64,000 bases of DNA from Syntrophales bacterium (GTDB lineage Bacteria; Desulfobacterota; Syntrophia; Syntrophales; UBA5619). The notes beneath the pieces were generated by a model. The model searched no databases. It had not been told where the DNA came from and saw only the letters and a program-made list of their open reading frames with translations. Location: NCBI GenBank assembly GCA_034677965.1, contig JAXDCM010000100.1, positions 5,115 to 69,114 on the forward strand, read 5' to 3'. Made by a program: the position numbers and the translations under genes. Shown in pieces: positions 56,125 to 64,000 of this stretch; within the stretch, counting starts at the first letter, position 1; every line of letters starts with the position of its first letter.

Positions 56125-56155
56125 CCCGGGAGCCTCCACCGGAAAGGCTCCCGGG
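56125..56155 (+). promoter_or_regulatory. intercistronic stem-loop between the aminotransferase and etfB
   Basis: Perfect 10-bp stem CCCGGGAGCC / GGCTCCCGGG with an 11-nt loop and no U-tract. Confidence 0.45.
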
Positions 56156-56207
56156 CTGAAACTCCGGATGATCCCGGACGATTCATTCGGCACTTTTGCG
56201 ACCCACC

Positions 56208-56975
56208 ATGCGGATCTATGTTTGCATCAAACACGTTCCCGACACGGCCGCGAACATCAGGCCGGTGGGGAAAACAAGATTCGATGAAACCGTCAAGTTC
56301 ATTGCCAACCCTTACGACGAATACGCGCTGGAGGAGGCCATCAGAATCCGCGAAAAGATCGCGGGGACGAGCGTGGTTGCGGTCACGGTCGGCAGAGAGG
56401 CCGCCGTTTCGACCTTGCGGACGGCTCTGGCCGTGGGCGCCGACCGGGCGATCCACATCCTGACGAAGGCCTATTTTACGGATGCCGTTGAAACGGCACG
56501 CCTCCTCTACAAGTCCATATCCGGCGAAGGTTTGCCGGATCTCATCCTGACCGGTCGCCAGTCGGTCGATACGGAGGGAATGCAGGTCCCGTATCGCCTG
56601 GGAACGCTTTTCGATATGCCCGTGGCCGTCAACGTGGTGTCCCTTCGCATCGACGGCGGAACCGCCACGGCGGAGCGGGAAATTGAAGGGGACGTGCGGG
56701 AGGTGATCGAAATGCGGATGCCCTGCATTGTCGGCGCCACCAAGGGATTAAACCATCCGCGTTCTCCCACCCTTCCGGACATGATGAAGGCAAAGAAAAA
56801 AGAGGTTCTCACCATTCCATCCGCGAATCTGGAAATTCCTGTATCAGATGCTTCCATGCCGCTTCTGGAACTTCAGGCGGTGCCCGACCGAACCCGGGGG
56901 CGAATGCTCGAAGGTTCCCCTGAGGACATGGTCCGGGAACTCCTGAACATCCTGCGGGAAAACAAAACATTGTAA
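56208..56975 (+). CDS. etfB: electron transfer flavoprotein beta subunit
   Basis: MRIYVCIKHVPDTAANI and NPYDEYALEEAIRI are typical of EtfB. No obvious SD. Confidence 0.88.
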   Translation: MRIYVCIKHVPDTAANIRPVGKTRFDETVKFIANPYDEYALEEAIRIREKIAGTSVVAVTVGREAAVSTLRTALAVGADRAIHILTKAYFTDAVETARLLYKSISGEGLPDLILTGRQSVDTEGMQVPYRLGTLFDMPVAVNVVSLRIDGGTATAEREIEGDVREVIEMRMPCIVGATKGLNHPRSPTLPDMMKAKKKEVLTIPSANLEIPVSDASMPLLELQAVPDRTRGRMLEGSPEDMVRELLNILRENKTL

Positions 56976-56992
56976 ACAAGAATCCTCAAGCG

Positions 56993-57991
56993 ATGAAAAG
57001 AATCGGTGTCTTGATTGAGCAAAGCAACGGAGAGGTCAGGAAAACCTCCCTGGGCGTTCTGGCGGCTGCCAGACATTTCAAAGACCGGGAGGTGTTTGCC
57101 CTGTTGATGGCCCCGAAGACGGAACCGTGCCGTGATACGTTGCGCCGTCACGGTTCGGATTGGATCGTATCGATCGCAAGCGCAGAAGGGGATTGGGCGT
57201 CCCTGCCTGAGGAACAGGCCGCTTCGATCGCCTGGGCTGTCCAGCATTGTGAACTCCAGGTCCTTCTGGGGTCGTCGGGACAGGTCGGAAGGGATCTGCT
57301 GGCCAGGGTGGCCTCACTGAATAATGCCCCCCTGGTCCTGGATTGCCTGCATCTGGACCTTGAGGGAGGGATTGCCCGGAAATCCCATTTTTCAGGCAGA
57401 GCGACAGCGACAATGAAACTGAACGGAATACCCTGGATATTGGGAATTCGGCCCAACGTCTTCGCAGAACGAATCGACCCGAGAGCCGGAAAGGTCATCG
57501 AGGTGAAGCCCGAGATCGCTTTTCGCAGGCGGATGATGGTCCGGGAAATCCGGCGGGGCGGCACGGGGGGACCGGATGTTTCGGAAGCGGAGATCATTGT
57601 TTCCGGCGGTCGAGGTTTGGGGTCGGCTGAGAACTTCAGGATTTTGCGCGACTGCGCGTCCAAGCTTGGCGCTGCGGTCGGAGCCTCCCGGGCGGCGGTC
57701 GATGCGGGATATGCGCCGCATGCGCTTCAGGTGGGACAGACCGGAAAAACCGTCAGCCCCAAGCTTTACATCGCCTGCGGAATCTCCGGCTCGGTACAGC
57801 ATTTCGCCGGAATGAAGACCTCCAAGGTGATCGTCGGCATCAACCAGGATAAAGATGCGCCGATTTTTCAGAAATGCGATTACGGTCTTCTCGGGGATCT
57901 GTTCGAGGTCGTTCCCGCCCTCACGAAAGAGCTGGATTCGAAAACCATTCAGGGCCGATCATCGGATGATGCCGTAAAGAATTCGTCATAG
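56993..57991 (+). CDS. etfA: electron transfer flavoprotein alpha subunit
   Basis: The C-terminal FAD domain VSGGRGLGS..GASRAAVDAGY..QVGQTGKTVSPKLYIACGISGSVQH is typical of EtfA. Confidence 0.88.
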   Translation: MKRIGVLIEQSNGEVRKTSLGVLAAARHFKDREVFALLMAPKTEPCRDTLRRHGSDWIVSIASAEGDWASLPEEQAASIAWAVQHCELQVLLGSSGQVGRDLLARVASLNNAPLVLDCLHLDLEGGIARKSHFSGRATATMKLNGIPWILGIRPNVFAERIDPRAGKVIEVKPEIAFRRRMMVREIRRGGTGGPDVSEAEIIVSGGRGLGSAENFRILRDCASKLGAAVGASRAAVDAGYAPHALQVGQTGKTVSPKLYIACGISGSVQHFAGMKTSKVIVGINQDKDAPIFQKCDYGLLGDLFEVVPALTKELDSKTIQGRSSDDAVKNSS

Positions 57992-58034
57992 ACTCGCCGG
58001 AGAGATCATTCCAGGAGACTGAAAGGAGAGGAGC

Positions 58035-60455
58035 ATGCGTGACAGTGCACAGGTCGTCATTATTGGTGGAGGGATCGTGGGATGCAGCATCGCCTATCAC
58101 CTGACCAAAATGGGATGGCGGGACGTGGTCATCCTGGAAAAGGGCGAGTTGACCAGTGGATCGACCTGGCATGCAGCCGGTCTTGTCGGTCAACTGCGCT
58201 CTCACCGAAATATTACACGGATGCTTCAATACAGCGTCGGTCTCTACAAGACGCTGGAAGCGGAGACGGGGCTGACGACGGGCTGGAAGGAGAGCGGTTG
58301 TCTCCACCTGGCGAGCACGAAGGAGCGCATCCTCGAGTTGAAGAAGGGAGCGACAACGGCCCGCAGTTTCGGACTCGATCTGCACATGATTACCCCGGAG
58401 GAAGCTCTGAAACTCTGCCCCATTCTGAATATGGAAGGGATTATCGGTGCAGCTTACATGCCCTCCGACGGCCAAGCCGACCCAAGCGGTCTGACCATGG
58501 CCTTGGCCAAGGGGGCCGTGAACCGAGGCGCAGCAGTGGAACAGAAGACCTTGGTCACGGGATTCGAAATCCGAAACAATCGAGCCGAAGCCGTACTGAC
58601 CGATAAAGGAAAAATCCGCTGTGAAATGGTCGTTAATGCGGCCGGGATGTGGGGCCGTCAGATTGGCCGCATGATGGGCGTGAACATTCCTTTGGTTCCC
58701 TTTCAACACCAGTATCTGGTCACCGAGGCGATTGAGGGGGTGCCGCCGGACATGCCGACGTTGCGGGATAAGGATAGCCTTCTGTACTACAAGGAAGAGG
58801 TGGGGGGACTTGTCATGGGCGGTTACGAACGGGATGGGATCCCCTGGTCTGTCCGGTGGGTGCCCCATGCGTTCACCCAGGAGCTTCTGGAACCAGACTT
58901 TGAACACTTCGAGTCCATTTCTCAGGCGGCGGTCCGCCGAACACCCTGCCTGGGAACTGCCGGGATTGCCCGCCTCGTCAACGGACCGGAGGCCTTTACG
59001 CCGGACGGGAATTGCATTCTGGGACCGGCTCCCGAAATCGAAAACGGATTCGTTGCCGTGGGATTTAATGCCTTTGGGATCGCTGCGGGCGGCGGCGCCG
59101 GAAAAATGCTTGCCGAATGGATCGTGGAAGGAGAACCGAGCCTGAACATCTGGCCGCTGGACATCCGCCGTTTTGGCCAGTACCACCATAGTCTCCGGTA
59201 TAACGTTGAACGCACAAAAGAGATCTACGGGAAGCATTACACCATTTCCTGGCCCCATGAGGAGCACGATTCGGCCCGGAGGGTGAAGCGTTCTCCTCTG
59301 TACTGGCTGTTGAAGGAAAAAGGAGCCGTTTACGGGGCGAAATACGGGTGGGAACGCGCCAATTGGTTCGCACCGCCCGGTGTGCCCGCTGAGGATTCCT
59401 GCACCTTCGGCATCCCAAACTGGTTCGAGCCGGTATCTGCGGAGCACAGGGCGGCGCGCGAAGCGGTTGTGCTCATCGACCAGTCATCGTTCAGCAAGTT
59501 CGAGGTGACGGGAACCGGTGCCCTGGCCTTTCTAAATTACGTCGCGGCCGGAAACCTGAACAGACCGGTGGGGACAACCGTATATACGCAGTTCTGCAAC
59601 AAACGCGGCGGTGTCGAGGCGGACGTCACCGTTTCCCGGGTGGAAAACGAAAAATTTTTTATCATTACCGGGACGGCCTTCGGGGCGCATGACTTCATGT
59701 GGCTCAAAAAGCACCTTCCAAAGGACGGATCCGTCGCGTTGCGCGACGTGACGTCCTCGTTTGCGATGATCAATGTCTGCGGCCCCCGTTCGCGGGAACT
59801 CCTGCAGGGGCTTTCCGAGGACGATTTCGGCAATGACGCTTTCCCCTTTGGTCAATGTCGGCAAGTCGTTATCGGGTATGCCCCCGTCCTGGCCCTCCGG
59901 GTCACTTACATCGGCGAATTGGGCTATGAGCTTTACATGCCGCCGGAATATGCCGCGGGTCTCTATGAGAGCCTCTGGGAAAACGGTCAGCCCCTCGGTG
60001 TCCGCAATGCCGGATACCGAGCGATCGATTCGCTGCGTTTGGAGAAGGGGTACTGCTACTGGGGCGCCGAGGTTTCGCCCGATTACACTCCCTTCGATGC
60101 CGGGATCGGCTTTGCGGTCAGCCTCGACAAAAGTCCCTTTATCGGACGGGAGGCTCTCCTGAAAATCAAAGAGGAGGGTGCGCCCTGGAAGCTGCGGACC
60201 TTCACGCTCGAAGCCGATCGGCCGATGCTGCTTCACGGAGGGGAAACCATCACCTGCCGCGGCAGGGTGGTCGGTGTGGTTACCAGCGGCGGTTTCGGAC
60301 ATGCGGTGGGAAAAACGATCGCCATGGGATATCTTTCCACCGAGGACTCGCAGGCCACTGATGGCTTTGCGGTCGAAGTTTTTGGAGAAGCTTTTCCGGC
60401 CACATTGGTGACGAAGGCTTGTTACGATCCTGAGAGGCTCAGGATATTTCTGTAG
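58035..60455 (+). CDS. dimethylglycine/sarcosine dehydrogenase-type enzyme (DAO FAD domain fused to GcvT folate-binding domain)
   Basis: VVIIGGGIVGCSIAYHL. SGSTWHAAGL is the motif holding the covalent-FAD His in DMGDH/SARDH. The C-terminal half has GcvT-like segments (YIGELGYELY, LRLEKGY). Confidence 0.88.
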   Translation: MRDSAQVVIIGGGIVGCSIAYHLTKMGWRDVVILEKGELTSGSTWHAAGLVGQLRSHRNITRMLQYSVGLYKTLEAETGLTTGWKESGCLHLASTKERILELKKGATTARSFGLDLHMITPEEALKLCPILNMEGIIGAAYMPSDGQADPSGLTMALAKGAVNRGAAVEQKTLVTGFEIRNNRAEAVLTDKGKIRCEMVVNAAGMWGRQIGRMMGVNIPLVPFQHQYLVTEAIEGVPPDMPTLRDKDSLLYYKEEVGGLVMGGYERDGIPWSVRWVPHAFTQELLEPDFEHFESISQAAVRRTPCLGTAGIARLVNGPEAFTPDGNCILGPAPEIENGFVAVGFNAFGIAAGGGAGKMLAEWIVEGEPSLNIWPLDIRRFGQYHHSLRYNVERTKEIYGKHYTISWPHEEHDSARRVKRSPLYWLLKEKGAVYGAKYGWERANWFAPPGVPAEDSCTFGIPNWFEPVSAEHRAAREAVVLIDQSSFSKFEVTGTGALAFLNYVAAGNLNRPVGTTVYTQFCNKRGGVEADVTVSRVENEKFFIITGTAFGAHDFMWLKKHLPKDGSVALRDVTSSFAMINVCGPRSRELLQGLSEDDFGNDAFPFGQCRQVVIGYAPVLALRVTYIGELGYELYMPPEYAAGLYESLWENGQPLGVRNAGYRAIDSLRLEKGYCYWGAEVSPDYTPFDAGIGFAVSLDKSPFIGREALLKIKEEGAPWKLRTFTLEADRPMLLHGGETITCRGRVVGVVTSGGFGHAVGKTIAMGYLSTEDSQATDGFAVEVFGEAFPATLVTKACYDPERLRIFL

Positions 60456-60598
60456 GCCGGATCGTTCATCCATGGTAAAGTAATGCAAAGGCGGGGAAAC
60501 ATCGATATAAACGGGCATCGGCCCGGGAAGATGCGGAGGGAAGGGCACTTCATGCCGTCGGGTCAACAGCTTTTTCTTCAATGGAAGGAGGGACCAAT

Positions 60599-61597
60599 AT
60601 GAATCGTATGAAAAAGTTCATTGGTTTGGCGATCGTCGCGGCGCTCACGGCGGGAATCATAACCGCGTCCCCATGCGATGCGCAGACGGAACTCCGTGTT
60701 TACACCCACAACGAGACGGCCGAGATGGAAAAATGGGTACCCATTGCGGAAAAGGCAATCGGCATGAAGATCGTCTGGAGTCCTCGGCTGGCATCCAATG
60801 AACTCTGGACCCGCGTATTGACGGAAAATCCCAACTTCAATGCCGATGTGATCTGGGGCTTTCTGAACTCGGACGCGCAAGTGGGGACCCAAAGGGGTTT
60901 TTTCGTTTCATACTCATCGCCCGCATGGGCGGATATCCCGGCCGAATTCAAGGACCCGGATCATCATTGGTACGGGTATAACTATTGGTTTTCCGCCATT
61001 GCCGTCAATCCGGATCTCCTGAAAAAGAAAAACCTGCCGAAACCGGCATCTTGGGTGGACCTGACCAATCCCGTCTACAAGGGAGAGATCGTGATGCCCG
61101 ACCCCGCCACAAGCGGCACGGCGTTTATTTTCGTCTCCGCGGTGATGCAGATCTTCGGCGAAAACAAGGGCTGGGAAATCCTGGAGAAGATACACAAGAA
61201 CGCCGGCCAATACACCAAATCCGGTTCGGCGCCGGCCCAGTCCGTTGCGCAGGGGGAATACGCCATCGGGGTGAGCTGGGATCAGGCCGTATACGGAAGG
61301 GTGCAGCAGAAATTCCCCATTGAGGGTCTCATCCCGACCGAAGGGACCGCGTTTGACCTGGAGTCCGTGGCCATTCTGAAGGGGACGAAAAATCTTGCCG
61401 CCGCGCAGAAGCTCGTGGACTGGTTGGGCACCAAGGAGGGACAGACGCAGATCGGTCTTCTCCGTTCCAAGGTGACGCGACCCGGCGTTCCGGGAAAAGT
61501 GCTCGTCGATCCCAAACTGATCAAGTATGATGCGCTATGGGCCGGGGAAAACAAGAAGCGCATCATGACCGAGTGGGCGAAACGTTTCCAGAAATAA
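60599..61597 (+). CDS. second ABC substrate-binding protein, same PhnS/Fe3+-type family (distant paralogue of 48968..49981)
   Basis: Signal peptide (IGLAIVAALTAGIITASPCDA), LRVYTHNE, DPATSGTAF and GQYTKSGSAPA. GGAAGGAGGG SD. Confidence 0.8.
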   Translation: MNRMKKFIGLAIVAALTAGIITASPCDAQTELRVYTHNETAEMEKWVPIAEKAIGMKIVWSPRLASNELWTRVLTENPNFNADVIWGFLNSDAQVGTQRGFFVSYSSPAWADIPAEFKDPDHHWYGYNYWFSAIAVNPDLLKKKNLPKPASWVDLTNPVYKGEIVMPDPATSGTAFIFVSAVMQIFGENKGWEILEKIHKNAGQYTKSGSAPAQSVAQGEYAIGVSWDQAVYGRVQQKFPIEGLIPTEGTAFDLESVAILKGTKNLAAAQKLVDWLGTKEGQTQIGLLRSKVTRPGVPGKVLVDPKLIKYDALWAGENKKRIMTEWAKRFQK

Positions 61598-61647
61598 AAG
61601 CGGATATTCGTTTTTCAAGACTTGCAGGGTCAAGATTGTTTTGAGCA

Positions 61648-61681
61648 GGCATGGGGCGGGCGTTGAGTCCGGCCCCATGCC
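61648..61681 (+). promoter_or_regulatory. intercistronic stem-loop after the second binding-protein gene
   Basis: 10-bp stem GGCATGGGGC / GCCCCATGCC with a 14-nt loop, 50 nt after the stop. Confidence 0.45.
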
Positions 61682-61716
61682 GAAGCGGCATCCAGATCTG
61701 ACCATTTGGAGCCAGA

Positions 61717-63663
61717 ATGACTCTTTTCCCGGGCAGCGCCATCCTGAAGCGGCAAGTGGACGACTTCCGGTATATCTTCCGCAGGCCGGGTTTGCTGCTT
61801 GTCTCCTCGATTGCCGTTCTTCTGATTTTCCTCTTCATTGTCTTCCCGATCGGATCCGTGCTGATAAAAAGCTTTACCGTCAGCTATCCGACGGTCGGCA
61901 TCGCCGTTGCGGATGCGGGGTTTTCCGGCGCCGAGACGGCCGGAAGCGCAAACGATTCCCTGCTCCGGATTCTTCAACCCATCCAGGGGATCGAACAAAT
62001 CCGGATCGAAAGGGAAGCGGGGGCAACCGTTCATACGGTCCGTTTTCGCAAGGATTGGGACGATCTCAAGGGCTTCAACGACATCAAGCGCGCGATCCAG
62101 CGAAACCGGGGTTCCCTGGAGCCCGCGGTGGTGAACGCCAAGCTGTCGCTGGGAAAGGAAAGCACGGCCAGCCTGGCCACCTACATCGACTTCTTTTCCA
62201 GCGGTCGGTATTACCGTGCGCTGAAAAACAGCATTGTCGTGGCGATTGTGACCACGCTGCTGGTCATTCCGCTGGCCTTCTGTTTCGCTTTTCTGGGGCT
62301 CAAGGGGCCCGCCTTGCTGAAATTTCCGTTGAGGATGCTCGGTCTCATACCGCTGGTTGCGCCTCCTTTCATTTTTTCGCTGGCCCTGATCATCATCGGC
62401 GGCCGTCACGGCATCGTGACGCGTTTTCTGGATTTGCCGTTCGACATCTACGGATGGCGCGGGGTGATCATCGCCCAGGTGATCACCTTCCTGCCGCTGG
62501 GCTACCTGATGATCGAAAACGTGCTGCGCTCGCTGGGTTCCAATCTCGAAGATGCCGCCTATGACATGCGCGCAACCGACTGGCAGATCCTGTACAAGAT
62601 CACCATACCCCTTTCGTCTCCGGGCATTCTGAAGGCGGCTTTGCTTGTTTTCATCCTGTCGATCGCCGACTTCGGGAATCCGATGCTGATCGGCGGGGAT
62701 GTCCCTTTTCTTTCCACAGGCGCCTATCTTCTGTGGGTCAGCGAGAACAATCTCGAGATGGCGGCGGTCTTCTGTGTTTTTCTGGTCCTGCCCAGCCTGA
62801 TCATTTTCCTGGTGAACGAGTTTGTGCTGAGAGGAAAGGCCTTCACGACCATCGGTGGAAAGCCGCAGCAGACGGAGAGACGACCCATTGCCCCCAGAAT
62901 CCTCTACCCGATGCTGGTCCTGGTGGCGGCGGCTTCGGCGGCCATTCTTGTCAGCTTCGGGATCATTTTCGTCGGGGCCTTCACCAAAATCCTGATGGTG
63001 GACAACAGTCTGACCCTGGATCATTTCCGCAGCCCGAACGGCTTCAGGACGCTGATCACCAGCCTCAAGTTTTCGCTGGGGGCGGCCCTGGTGGCGCCGA
63101 CGGTCGGCATCGTCCTCTCCTATATCTTGGTCCGGAAAAGGGTTCCCCTGAAGAAGGTTGTGGAGTCTCTTGCCCTTCTGGGGTTTGCGGTTCCCGGCAC
63201 GGTGATGGGGATCGGGTATATTCTCGCCTTCAACAACCCGCCGCTGAAGCTCACCGGGACTTTCATCATCCTGATCGTCAACGAGGCATTTCGGAACCTG
63301 TCGGTCAGCCTTGAAGCCGGGGTCAGTAAACTCCATCAGATCGACGTGGCCATCGAGGAGGCGGCGGCCGACATGGGCGCCGGCGCCTTTCGGACCTTTT
63401 TCAGGATCGTTTTGCCCTTGATCAGCTCCGCATTCGTTGCCGGTTTCATCTACACATTCATGGTTGGAATGATCGCGGTGAGCGCGGTGATCTTCTTGAT
63501 CACCCCTGGTAACGACCTGGCGGCGCTGTATATTCTGAACGTGGCCGAGCAGGGTTATTTGGGAATGGCTTGCGCAATTTCCACGATGTTGATCGCCGTT
63601 GTCCTGGCCTGCCTGGGAGGGCTGAAACTATTGGTCAAATTGTCGAAAATAGAAATGTTCTAA
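61717..63663 (+). CDS. second fused double-domain ABC permease
   Basis: 648 aa with about 12 spans and two EAA-like regions (LEDAAYDMRAT.., IEEAAADMGAG..). GGAG SD. Confidence 0.85.
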   Translation: MTLFPGSAILKRQVDDFRYIFRRPGLLLVSSIAVLLIFLFIVFPIGSVLIKSFTVSYPTVGIAVADAGFSGAETAGSANDSLLRILQPIQGIEQIRIEREAGATVHTVRFRKDWDDLKGFNDIKRAIQRNRGSLEPAVVNAKLSLGKESTASLATYIDFFSSGRYYRALKNSIVVAIVTTLLVIPLAFCFAFLGLKGPALLKFPLRMLGLIPLVAPPFIFSLALIIIGGRHGIVTRFLDLPFDIYGWRGVIIAQVITFLPLGYLMIENVLRSLGSNLEDAAYDMRATDWQILYKITIPLSSPGILKAALLVFILSIADFGNPMLIGGDVPFLSTGAYLLWVSENNLEMAAVFCVFLVLPSLIIFLVNEFVLRGKAFTTIGGKPQQTERRPIAPRILYPMLVLVAAASAAILVSFGIIFVGAFTKILMVDNSLTLDHFRSPNGFRTLITSLKFSLGAALVAPTVGIVLSYILVRKRVPLKKVVESLALLGFAVPGTVMGIGYILAFNNPPLKLTGTFIILIVNEAFRNLSVSLEAGVSKLHQIDVAIEEAAADMGAGAFRTFFRIVLPLISSAFVAGFIYTFMVGMIAVSAVIFLITPGNDLAALYILNVAEQGYLGMACAISTMLIAVVLACLGGLKLLVKLSKIEMF

Positions 63664-63676
63664 AGAGGCGTCAGCC

Positions 63677-64000
63677 ATGATTCGGAAAGGGGACTCATTC
63701 ATACTGGAGTTGAAGAACATCGTCAAACGGTTCGGTGAATTAACGGCGGTGAATGACGTTTCCCTGGATCTGGAACGCGGGAAGCTGGTCACCTTTCTCG
63801 GTCCCAGCGGCTGCGGAAAGACCACGCTTTTGAGGGTCGTCAGCGGATTCACCATTCCCGACGAAGGAAAGGTTATTCTGGACGGAGTGGACATAACCGA
63901 TCTCCAGCCGAACGCGCGTGACACGGCCATGGTTTTTCAAAACTACGCCCTTTTCCCACACATGACCGTAGCCGCAAACATCGGATTCGGCCTCAAGATT
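63677..64000 (+). CDS. second ABC transporter ATP-binding protein (3' end outside window)
   Basis: Not in the ORF track because there is no stop inside the window. ATG 63677 follows AAAGAGG. The translation MIRKGDSFILELKNIVKRFG..GPSGCGKTTLLR..MVFQNYALFPHMTV is a Walker A/Q-loop ATPase. Confidence 0.85.
   Translation, partial: MIRKGDSFILELKNIVKRFGELTAVNDVSLDLERGKLVTFLGPSGCGKTTLLRVVSGFTIPDEGKVILDGVDITDLQPNARDTAMVFQNYALFPHMTVAANIGFGLKI

Noticed and set aside
56176-56186. GGCAC-TT-TTGC upstream of etfB as a sigma-54 promoter
   Set aside because: Both half-elements are present, but the spacer is 3 nt too short.
61630-63336. 568-codon minus-strand ORF
   Set aside because: It is antisense to the second fused ABC permease. 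It has the same R/D/Q/G-rich low-complexity composition and no motifs.
1-64000. CRISPR arrays, tandem repeats, IS elements, integrases, prophage or defence-system genes, tRNA/rRNA genes
   Set aside because: Reading all intergenic regions and ORF translations, I found no repeat-spacer periodicity, terminal inverted repeats with a transposase, or nuclease/helicase/methylase-type defence signatures. The accessory content here is metabolic. A tRNAscan or Rfam run would be needed to exclude small RNAs formally.

Overview
This 64-kb window comes from a fairly GC-rich genome (GC judged by eye). The organism is probably Gram-negative and anaerobic. That is inferred from lptFG, arn lipid A modification genes, a sigma-54 activator, and corrinoid and Fe-S enzymes. 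A Desulfobacterota-like origin is a guess only. I recognised no rRNA, tRNA, CRISPR array, transposase, integrase or phage gene. Coding density is high, and most long ORFs opposite the called genes look like GC-driven shadow frames.

Layout:
(i) 1-10.9 kb: a complete corrinoid-dependent methyl-transfer island. It has an MTHFR-like protein, a pterin-type methyltransferase, a PocR/AraC regulator, two corrinoid proteins, a URO-D-family methyltransferase, a RACo-type activator and an organophosphate-antiporter-like MFS.
(ii) 11.2-15.5 kb: a sensor-less histidine kinase with a sigma-54 activator, then an OFA-type MFS and mobA.
(iii) 15.8-29.6 kb: a TctBAC transporter locus with an M24 hydrolase, a 2-hydroxyacid dehydrogenase, a class II aldolase and several flavo/Fe-S oxidoreductases.
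(iv) 29.9-41.8 kb: housekeeping genes (purB, nadB, tsaD, rsmA, panC, ahcY, lptFG).
(v) 42-48.7 kb: an arnT-B-C-A(split)-D cluster.
(vi) 49-64 kb: a one-strand catabolic island. Two paralogous PhnS/Fe3+-type ABC importers bracket a GntR regulator, a divergent transaldolase-family protein, a HisC-family PLP enzyme, EtfBA and a DMGDH/SARDH-type dehydrogenase.

The best candidates for undescribed biology are island (vi) and island (i); substrates are unknown for both. A promoter-leader-terminator arrangement in front of panC also deserves a look. All functional calls rest on motif recognition from the translations. No searches were run.
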